Shown in pieces: positions 57,901 to 64,000 of a stretch of DNA of 64,000 nt. Every line of letters begins with the position of its first letter. The stretch's first letter is position 1. Source of the DNA: an uncultured Clostridia bacterium (GTDB lineage Bacteria; Bacillota; Clostridia; Christensenellales; UBA1242); assembly GCA_944382715.1 (NCBI GenBank), contig CALWNC010000002.1, forward strand, positions 8,738 to 72,737. Direction: 5' to 3'. Under the pieces are notes generated by a model, which was not told where the DNA came from, ran no database searches, and saw only the letters and a program-made list of their open reading frames with translations. A program made the position numbers and the translations under genes.

Positions 57901-58007
57901 CATTTGCTAATAGTTTTATTTGATACATTAAGTTTATTAGCTAAATCTTGTTGAGATAGATGATTTGTTTTTCTTAGTTCAGAAATTCTTTTACCTATAT
58001 TATTCAT
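54915..58007 (-). CDS. membrane-tethered XRE-HTH protein with a ~900-aa extracellular Listeria-Bacteroides-repeat / GLUG-like domain
   Basis: N-terminal IGKRISELRKTNHLSQQDLANKLNVSNKTISKWECGNGIPDIEYL. One TM (FWTSLITTISIVFILGLTTLLCYFFI). Repeated ...REGYIFNGW... units. FTGIIDGCGYSIINL is a GLUG-type motif. The likely start is MNNIGK at 58007. Confidence 0.7.
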   Translation of the reverse strand: MNNIGKRISELRKTNHLSQQDLANKLNVSNKTISKWECGNGIPDIEYLSKISEIFNITLDELVKTNKENDSDQNKIEINENLVVINKENSLNKKKRKRFWTSLITTISIVFILGLTTLLCYFFIPRNPRIEESTIFEIDNENQTATCVVDNNAETFSFNNIIEVPRTNTWSVYYDINGLTEIKSKTVDLQVGNNTFYIIIENNVGEQKIYQINIRRKPLYVITFNTAGGEFITNQIVQEGDLATYQDPVREGYIFNGWDYDFSKPINSNITITANWIAKNLTITYFSNFGNNISSFQDITYDSYVTLKNNSEFIREGYTLESWNTKDDGSGTSYSPGTIFNNYNIPSNINLYAQWSINQYNISVIKNINEAGQIQGVGNFDYNSKQTLSAITNAGYTWIGWYSNDVIVSSSEILEVTIPDTNIEFTAVWSANKYLISLDVNNGNTLSQNTKELIYGEHFTLPTPTREEAIFLGWFDSNNKQYTNNLGESIEIWDKPYEAELIAHYKINEYQLTLNTNNNNAGSVEGSGLKEFNSNVTIVANTNAGYKFVGWFNGTELITSKNTYSFVMSNYPITYTAKWEANDYEVTMIVDNDVILSNNTENVTFDTAYTLPIPEKNGYIFNGWYSGMNATGVQLTDNYGNSTSTWSIPENTLVYPMWELLSYRISYSLNDGKIITENATSYTIEDLDIYINNPIRDGYIFEGWIGSDLTEPTKELIIEAGSYGDKQFGAVWSQDNSFIPISNISEFLNIKNNLDGNYYLTQNINLEGSSFTTFGGENNPFTGIIDGCGYSIINLSNTLFYYNKGYIYNINFENATITGSETVVISNTNDGTIDKCKINASLQARNCAAAIVINNNGTIRNCYIEGLINVTRPYDNIYIANFAINNYGNISYCYSSANLRSYADECSIYCGAYVVKNKGVISNSFIAGDITAVGLDGTWAVSYATGIYIKIGNMYNCYESSNSTITKQVTYNGGGSETIKIETSMTNDEYLKNPNFINYGEFISNEDMIINPNNIWIFDGENYPKLYWEV

Positions 58008-58217
58008 ACTTTTCTCCATAAAAAAATTATAACACAAAAAATAATAGATTGCACTATAGAATTATCTATTTTATAAAGATAAAATCTATAATTAGTAGAA
58101 TATTAACAATAAACAATTAAATTATTTATAATATGATTGAAAAAATAGATAATTTTATTCTAAATTTTTATTTTTAAATTAATTTATAAAAATTCTTGTA
58201 TACTTTTAATGGATTAT

Positions 58218-59204
58218 TTAATCATTATATTGATTTTGCATTTCATTAATAATAGATTTAATCTTATTTCTAGTTTCAAGTGGCTCTAGAATTTCAACAT
58301 ACTGACCATATTGAAGAGCCCAGAAAATTAATGACTCTTCATTAACTTTCAAACTAGCAATAATTTCATTATCAATCTTTTCAAGATTTACATCTTTTCC
58401 AAACCACTCAATAAAATCATTAACTTTATCTTCCGTGTTAATTTTTACCTTTGCTTTAACAGATTTTCCAAAAGCCATATAGATATGTTCTTTTATATAT
58501 TCTTTCATTGAAAAATTTTCTTGATTGGATAGGGTATTAATAGGCTTAACATCTTCGTCAAGAATTTTAATATTTGAAATAAAATCTATCTTGTAATTTG
58601 AAAGGTCATTATATTTATTATAATTGCAAACAAGATAATATTTACCCTTATTATTAACCATAAAATATGGATTGATTTTATAAAATTTACCATCACCTTT
58701 AAGTTTAATTTTTTTATCAATACCATAAGCTCCATATTGAAATTCAACTTTCTTTTTCTTTTCAATGGCTTCACTCAAAATTTCAATATTTAAAAATATT
58801 TCTTTATTGTCATTTATAATTTCATCATCTATTTTTTCAAGGTATTTATATTTCTTCTTTTTGTAAATACTTAAATTTTTAGTAAGCTTATCAACCAAAT
58901 CCTTTACATATCTTGTTGGCATTGAATGAGAGGAGTAAATTGCGTCAATTAAATATAAAAGTTCACCTTCTTCAAAGTCTCTAAAACCTAAATATAAACC
59001 ACGATTACCTTTTTTAACGATATCATATCCGAAATTTTGCAGAATAGAAACATCTCTCGCAACTGTTTTTCGTTCAATCTCGATACCAAAGGTATTGTAA
59101 AGTTTATTTTGTATCATATCATAAGTTAATAAATGAGTTTCATCAGAATATTGCTTAAGAACTTTAAGAGTATATAAAATAGACCCTTTCTTTTCGTTTA
59201 ACAT
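58218..59204 (-). CDS. WYL-domain transcriptional regulator (wHTH-WYL-WCX; BrxR/CapW/PafBC-like layout)
   Basis: N-terminal wHTH (LTYDMIQNKLYNTFGIEIERKTVARDVSILQNFGYDIV). WYL block (FYKINPYFMVNNKGKYYLVCNYNKYNDLSNYKIDFISNIKIL). Confidence 0.7.
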   Translation of the reverse strand: MLNEKKGSILYTLKVLKQYSDETHLLTYDMIQNKLYNTFGIEIERKTVARDVSILQNFGYDIVKKGNRGLYLGFRDFEEGELLYLIDAIYSSHSMPTRYVKDLVDKLTKNLSIYKKKKYKYLEKIDDEIINDNKEIFLNIEILSEAIEKKKKVEFQYGAYGIDKKIKLKGDGKFYKINPYFMVNNKGKYYLVCNYNKYNDLSNYKIDFISNIKILDEDVKPINTLSNQENFSMKEYIKEHIYMAFGKSVKAKVKINTEDKVNDFIEWFGKDVNLEKIDNEIIASLKVNEESLIFWALQYGQYVEILEPLETRNKIKSIINEMQNQYND

Positions 59205-59250
59205 TTCATCCTCCAGAATTTTATAGTATTACATTATTAGTATAGCATAC

Positions 59251-59276
59251 TTAAAATCCTAAAAAAAGGATTTTAA
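59251..59276. promoter_or_regulatory. 10-bp-arm palindrome in the WYL/helicase divergent intergenic region (candidate operator)
   Basis: ttaaaatcct-aaaaaa-aggattttaa. Confidence 0.35.
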
Positions 59277-59470
59277 AATTAAATTAATTGCAACGTGTGA
59301 GACTTGTCCTGAATAAGATAAGAAGACACATAATTGTCAATTTTATTAAAAATCTGTATTCATACAATACTTTTATTTGGAATTTAATTAAAAAATTTTA
59401 TAATTATTAATAATAATTAATATTCAATAATTTCATGTTATGATATACTCATATTAGAGGAGATTCTTTT

Positions 59471-62400
59471 ATGTTTAAATTATTTGGCCGAAATAAAGAT
59501 GTCCCTGAAGAAGTAAAACAAATTTTGAAATACAACGAAGAGTTAAAATCTTTAATTAACTCTGATAATTATCTTTCTAGAAAAGATTGTTTTTATATGA
59601 TTGGAAAATATGCTGAGGTTTATAATTTTTTTAAAACAATTTATACATCTCAATTGATTAAATCATATTCAAAGAAAAATGGTGTTGATATAAATGTTAT
59701 AACAAATTTTCTAAGTGACTATGAAAATTTTAATAAAATAATAGCTTCAAGGAATAATTCATATGTAGAAGAGAAATTGAAAGTTGAAAAAGAATATTTG
59801 GATAACATATTAAAAGAAGTTGATCCCAAAATTTTATTGGATAATGATCAAAGAAAAGTTATTTTAACAGATGAAGATTATTGTTTAGTTATTGCAGGTG
59901 CTGGTGCTGGAAAAACTACGACGGTTGCAGCAAAAGTTAAATATTTGGTTGAAAGGAAAAAAATAGATCCTAAACAAATATTGATTATTTCTTTCACTAA
60001 TAAGGCTGTTGGTGAATTAAGAGAAAAAATAAATAAAGATTTAAATATAGATTGTCCAATTACTACATTTCACTCTGCAGGCAATGCTATATTGAGAAAA
60101 AAAACTGATGAAAAATTAAATATTGTTGAAGGTGGATTTTTATATAATTCAGTTAGAGATTATTTTATTCACAAAATTAAAGATAAAAGAGTTGCGGATA
60201 ATATAGTTTTATTTTTTGGTAGTTATTTCGAAACTCAATATGAAGGAACTAATAAGAATGAGTATTTAAACCATATTATTAAATCTGACTTTTCTACAAT
60301 GAAAAGTAATTTGAATGAATATCAATATCAAGGAATTATTAATAACAAAAAGGTTACTTTGAATAATGAAATTGTTAATTCTGTTCAAGAGTTAAAAATT
60401 GCAAATTTTTTATACTTAAATGGTGTTGATTATGAATATGAACCTATTTATCCATATCATATCTTCATGGCAAAAAAAAGATATACTCCAGATTTTTTAA
60501 TTAAACAAAATGGAAAACTTTTATATCTTGAGCATTTTGGAATTTCAGAAAGTGGTCAAAATAATAGATTTTCGCCAGATGAACTTCAAAAATATAAAAA
60601 GCACATTAATGATAAAATATTAATTCACAAAAAGCATAATACTAATTTAATTTATACTTTTTCTGAGTATAATGATGGTGTTGATTTTATTGAACATTTA
60701 AGAGCCCTTTTATTAGATAATGGTATTAATTTATCACCAAAACCATCTGAAGAAATTCTTGATAAATTAAGTAAAATTCAAGAGAACAAATATATTTCTA
60801 AAATGGTTTTCTTAATTTGTGATTTTATTAGTAATTTTAAGGTAAATGGATACACAGAAGAAAAATTTTATGAATTTATAAGAACAACAAAAAGTGAAAG
60901 AACAAAGTTGTTTTTGGAAATTTGTAGAGAATGTTATTTAGAATATCAAAAAGATCTTGCAAAAAATAATGCTGTTGATTTTCAAGACATGATAAATGAT
61001 GCTGCTAGAGCTTTACGAGAAGTAGAAAGTTTGAAAAGTAAGTTAGATTTTAGATATATAATAATTGACGAATATCAAGATATTTCAAGACAAAGATTTG
61101 ATATGGCAAAAGAGTTATCAAAAGTTACGGATGCTAAGATTATTGCAGTAGGTGATGATTGGCAATCAATATTTGCATTTAGTGGTTCAGATGTTTCTTT
61201 GTTTACTAAATTTTGTGAAAAAATGGGCTATGGAGAAGAATTAAAAATTACAAGAACATATCGTAATGCTCAAGAAGTTATTGATATTGCTGGTGGTTTT
61301 ATCCAAAAAAATGATGCACAAATAAAAAAATCTTTAATTTCACCAAAACATATTGAAGATCCAGTCATTATTGTAAGCTATGATGATAGTCCAAAAAAAT
61401 ATGATGAAACAGCTAAAGAGGCTGGTCCTTTGTATAAAATGGCTGAAGCATTGGAATATGCTATTTCTGAAATTATTAACAAAACAGGAAAGGAAAGTAG
61501 TATTTTACTCATTGGTAGGTATAATTATGATGGTGAAAACTTAACAAGAACAGGAAAATTTGATTATAATACTAAAGGTAATAGAGTAATTTCTAAAAAA
61601 TTTCCATCTGTAAATATTACATTTTTAACAGCACATAGTTCTAAAGGTTTAGGATATGACAATGTTATTATTATAAATGCTAAGGATGCTATTTATGGTT
61701 TTCCTTCTAAAATTGAAGATGATCCAGTTATGAAGCTTGTAACAAAACAAGATAATGAGATTGAGTATGCTGAAGAAAGGAGATTATTTTATGTTGCTCT
61801 AACTAGAACAAAAAATAGAGTTTATTTAATTGTCCCAGAAAAGCATCCTTCAGAGTTTGTTATGGAAATTAAAAATGAATATAATAATATTGTTTTGAAA
61901 GGAGAAGAATTAAAGCCAGAACAAAGAACGTTGATGACTAAAAATTTATGTCCAATATGCGGATATCCTTTACAACGAAGATACAAAAAAGGATGTTCTA
62001 TGAATTTATGGGTTTGCACAAATGAACCTGAAGTTTGTGGATTTTTATCTAACAATTTAATTGGTGGAAAAATGTCTATACAAAAATGTCCAGATTGTTT
62101 AGATGGATATTTGATAGTAAAGACAAAAAATAATTATCCATTTTTAGGTTGTACAAATTATAAATCAGATGGTACTGGATGTAACCATACTGTTTCGTTA
62201 AAGGATTTTGAATTGCAAGGCAATGATGATTCAATTGTTGAAAAAGAAAATGTTGAAAAATTATCTAATGATATAACAGAAACATCATTATTTGATTTAT
62301 CATTAATAAAAAAAGATTCAGAACAACCTAAAATGTCAGAATCTATTGAAGATAAAAGTGAAGATGAGGAGAAAAATCCATATTATTTTTCAGATAAAAA

Positions 62401-63592
62401 TTTAAATGAACTTGCCATTAAGTTAAGGGAATTTGCTGAGACTCAGGGAGAAAAAGAAAATGTTGATTTTTGGAAAATTTTAAGGAAAAAGGCAATTATA
62501 TCGCTGTGTTTAAATAAGCCAACAACACTTCAAGAAATGCAAAAATCGTGTAACCTTTTAGGTTCTGTAAAAATTAATAAGTATGGTAATCAAATTATTA
62601 ATATTATAAAAAACCATATAGAGAAAGAAAAGGAAAATAAAATCTCAGATAATAATATTCCATCACCTGAAAAAGCTAATAATATAAAAATTACAAAAAA
62701 GAAAAAGAAATTTTTTGATAGTAAATTCTTGAATGGATTAGCTTTACGACTTCAAGATTATTCTATAAATCAAGCTCAAAAAGAAAATATAATTTCAAAG
62801 TTGGTGTTGAAAAATACAGCCATTGAAAGCATATGTTATAATCTACCTCTTACAAAAGAAGAATTTTATTCTAAAAGGGTATTGTTGGGGAAAAGAGAAG
62901 TTGAAAAATATGGTGATGATGTAATTAATATTATTAAAAAGTATATTAGGGAGCAGAATGAGTATAATCCTATCATACCTAAATTAAATTTAAGAGTTTT
63001 AGATGTTTGTCAAAGGATAATCAGTGTATGTTGTGATATTAGTAAAGGTGGATTAAAAAATATACCTACTTTAGTGGGAGTTTTAAGAGGGAAAATTCCA
63101 GTAGGAAATAATAATGAGCAATTTAAAAATATTAAACATTTTGGATTACTACAAAACATTAAAACACATGTTGTTTTTAATTTAATTGAGTATTTAGTAG
63201 AAGAAGGAATTTTTATAAAAGGTAATCATGTTGACCCTTTCATTAAAGTTAATATCCCTTATTATTTAGATAATATAGATAAGTCAAGGATTTTTGATAT
63301 TTTTGAGAATGATAACGAAAATAGAATTATTAAAATTGAAGATAATGAGGAAGAAGTAAATAAATATAATAAGAAGCTATATGAAGAGTTGGCCAAATTA
63401 AGAGAACAAATTGCTACTAGAAAAAATTGTCAATTATATATTGTCGCTACTAATGAATTATTAAAAAGACTTTCATATTACATGCCAGTGCAAAGGAATG
63501 AATTTTTATCAATAAAGGGAATTAGAGATAGGTGGTATGATTCATATGGTCAAGCATTTGCTGAAATTATAAAAAATTTCAGACAAGATTAA
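59471..63592 (+). CDS. 1373-aa UvrD/Rep-type SF1 helicase fused to a Vsr/PD-(D/E)xK-like insert, Zn ribbons, an RQC-like domain and three HRDC-like domains
   Basis: Helicase motifs VIAGAGAGKTTT, IIIDEYQDIS, GDDWQSIFAFSG, TRTYRN, TAHSSKGLGYDNVIIIN and RRLFYVALTRTKNRVYLI. Insert SVQELKIANFLYLNGVDYEYEP...YTPDFLI...LYLEHFG. Zn ribbons CPICGYPL.. and CPDCLDGYLIV..LGCTNY..GC. HRDC-like segments near aa 980, 1090 and 1300, and an RQC-like segment near aa 1170-1260. Confidence 0.75.
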   Translation: MFKLFGRNKDVPEEVKQILKYNEELKSLINSDNYLSRKDCFYMIGKYAEVYNFFKTIYTSQLIKSYSKKNGVDINVITNFLSDYENFNKIIASRNNSYVEEKLKVEKEYLDNILKEVDPKILLDNDQRKVILTDEDYCLVIAGAGAGKTTTVAAKVKYLVERKKIDPKQILIISFTNKAVGELREKINKDLNIDCPITTFHSAGNAILRKKTDEKLNIVEGGFLYNSVRDYFIHKIKDKRVADNIVLFFGSYFETQYEGTNKNEYLNHIIKSDFSTMKSNLNEYQYQGIINNKKVTLNNEIVNSVQELKIANFLYLNGVDYEYEPIYPYHIFMAKKRYTPDFLIKQNGKLLYLEHFGISESGQNNRFSPDELQKYKKHINDKILIHKKHNTNLIYTFSEYNDGVDFIEHLRALLLDNGINLSPKPSEEILDKLSKIQENKYISKMVFLICDFISNFKVNGYTEEKFYEFIRTTKSERTKLFLEICRECYLEYQKDLAKNNAVDFQDMINDAARALREVESLKSKLDFRYIIIDEYQDISRQRFDMAKELSKVTDAKIIAVGDDWQSIFAFSGSDVSLFTKFCEKMGYGEELKITRTYRNAQEVIDIAGGFIQKNDAQIKKSLISPKHIEDPVIIVSYDDSPKKYDETAKEAGPLYKMAEALEYAISEIINKTGKESSILLIGRYNYDGENLTRTGKFDYNTKGNRVISKKFPSVNITFLTAHSSKGLGYDNVIIINAKDAIYGFPSKIEDDPVMKLVTKQDNEIEYAEERRLFYVALTRTKNRVYLIVPEKHPSEFVMEIKNEYNNIVLKGEELKPEQRTLMTKNLCPICGYPLQRRYKKGCSMNLWVCTNEPEVCGFLSNNLIGGKMSIQKCPDCLDGYLIVKTKNNYPFLGCTNYKSDGTGCNHTVSLKDFELQGNDDSIVEKENVEKLSNDITETSLFDLSLIKKDSEQPKMSESIEDKSEDEEKNPYYFSDKNLNELAIKLREFAETQGEKENVDFWKILRKKAIISLCLNKPTTLQEMQKSCNLLGSVKINKYGNQIINIIKNHIEKEKENKISDNNIPSPEKANNIKITKKKKKFFDSKFLNGLALRLQDYSINQAQKENIISKLVLKNTAIESICYNLPLTKEEFYSKRVLLGKREVEKYGDDVINIIKKYIREQNEYNPIIPKLNLRVLDVCQRIISVCCDISKGGLKNIPTLVGVLRGKIPVGNNNEQFKNIKHFGLLQNIKTHVVFNLIEYLVEEGIFIKGNHVDPFIKVNIPYYLDNIDKSRIFDIFENDNENRIIKIEDNEEEVNKYNKKLYEELAKLREQIATRKNCQLYIVATNELLKRLSYYMPVQRNEFLSIKGIRDRWYDSYGQAFAEIIKNFRQD

Positions 63593-63790
63593 AAAATTTT
63601 AAATAAAAATTATTATAATGGCTAAAAATATGGGAAAAGTAAATTAATAATATTTAATTGAAGATTGAAATTATAAAATAAAAAAGAGATTGATTTATAC
63701 ATTTCTGTTAATCAATCTCTTTAATTTATATAAAGCGATTAATAATTCAATTATTAAAAATGTTTTGGCATTTTGTAAATAAAAACAAAA

Positions 63791-64000
63791 TTAAAATTTA
63801 GAGTAGTGATCACTTTCTATTTCGGAATAATTTTCAGCTTCTTCTTGCATGGATTTTCTAAATATATTAAAAAACCAATTTGGAATTTTTATAAAACTTT
63901 TTCTATAATAAAATAATTTTTCTTCGAGGACATAAAGGTCAGTCATTGAAATATTATTTTTTGCTTTATACGAAATAATTATTGCGCTAAGATCCTTTTG
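63791..64000 (-). CDS. 3' end of an unidentified minus-strand gene (5' part outside the window)
   Basis: Frame open from nt 64000 down to a TAA at 63791-63793 (…EAENYSEIESDHYSKF*). A hairpin with a T-run on the minus strand lies at ~63682-63721. Confidence 0.4.
   Translation of the reverse strand, partial: QKDLSAIIISYKAKNNISMTDLYVLEEKLFYYRKSFIKIPNWFFNIFRKSMQEEAENYSEIESDHYSKF

Overview
This is a very AT-rich (by eye, not computed) Firmicutes-type chromosomal segment, and most of it looks accessory.

**Layout, left to right**
- **1-7.9 kb:** surface-glycan genes. They comprise a PMM/PGM fragment, manC, manA, three GT4 glycosyltransferases and a Wzx flippase.
- **9-10.7 kb:** kdgK-eda.
- **11.1-16.3 kb (minus strand):** a GtrA / GT2 / large polytopic membrane protein glycosylation operon. 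An APH-type kinase and a HAD-nucleotidyltransferase fusion are embedded in it.
- **16.3-19.6 kb:** XRE regulators, a frameshifted ECF sigma factor with its anti-sigma factor, and a secreted papain-like peptidase.
- **19.9-31.3 kb:** a polymorphic-toxin locus.
  - It opens with a small sigma-region-4 / phage-late-activator-like regulator.
  - Next come a 1965-aa RHS/YD protein with a glycine-zipper membrane C-terminal domain, a membrane immunity-like protein, and a ~420-bp duplicated RHS core fragment.
  - A second unit encodes a polytopic membrane/coiled-coil protein and a 751-aa tail-fibre-like protein.
  - Both units sit behind an identical 26-nt element.
- **31.5-36 kb:** miscellaneous small enzymes, two of them frameshifted in homopolymers.
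- **36.2-38.5 kb:** orphan toxin-tip/immunity cassettes and decayed mobile-element remnants.
- **38.6-50 kb:** a defence-island-like stretch.
  - Its genes are a 533-aa orphan protein, an AlbA_2/Schlafen-like protein, a Dam-type methylase, an overlapping MazG-like + DUF2075-type nuclease-helicase pair, a PIN-like protein and a KAP NTPase.
  - The Dam-type methylase is truncated at the junction with a large serine recombinase.
- **50.4-54.9 kb:** a conjugative leading-region block with ArdA, PcfK/AcrIIA9-like and PcfJ-like genes plus many small acidic ORFs.
- **54.9-63.6 kb:** a membrane-tethered XRE regulator with a ~900-aa extracellular repeat domain, then a WYL regulator divergent from a 1373-aa chimeric UvrD/RecQ-accessory helicase.

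I found no rRNA, tRNA or CRISPR array.

**Best candidates for undescribed biology**
- the regulator-RHS-membrane protein-fibre locus
- the MazG/DUF2075 pair
- the WYL-controlled giant helicase

All functional calls rest on motifs read from the translations. No database search was run.
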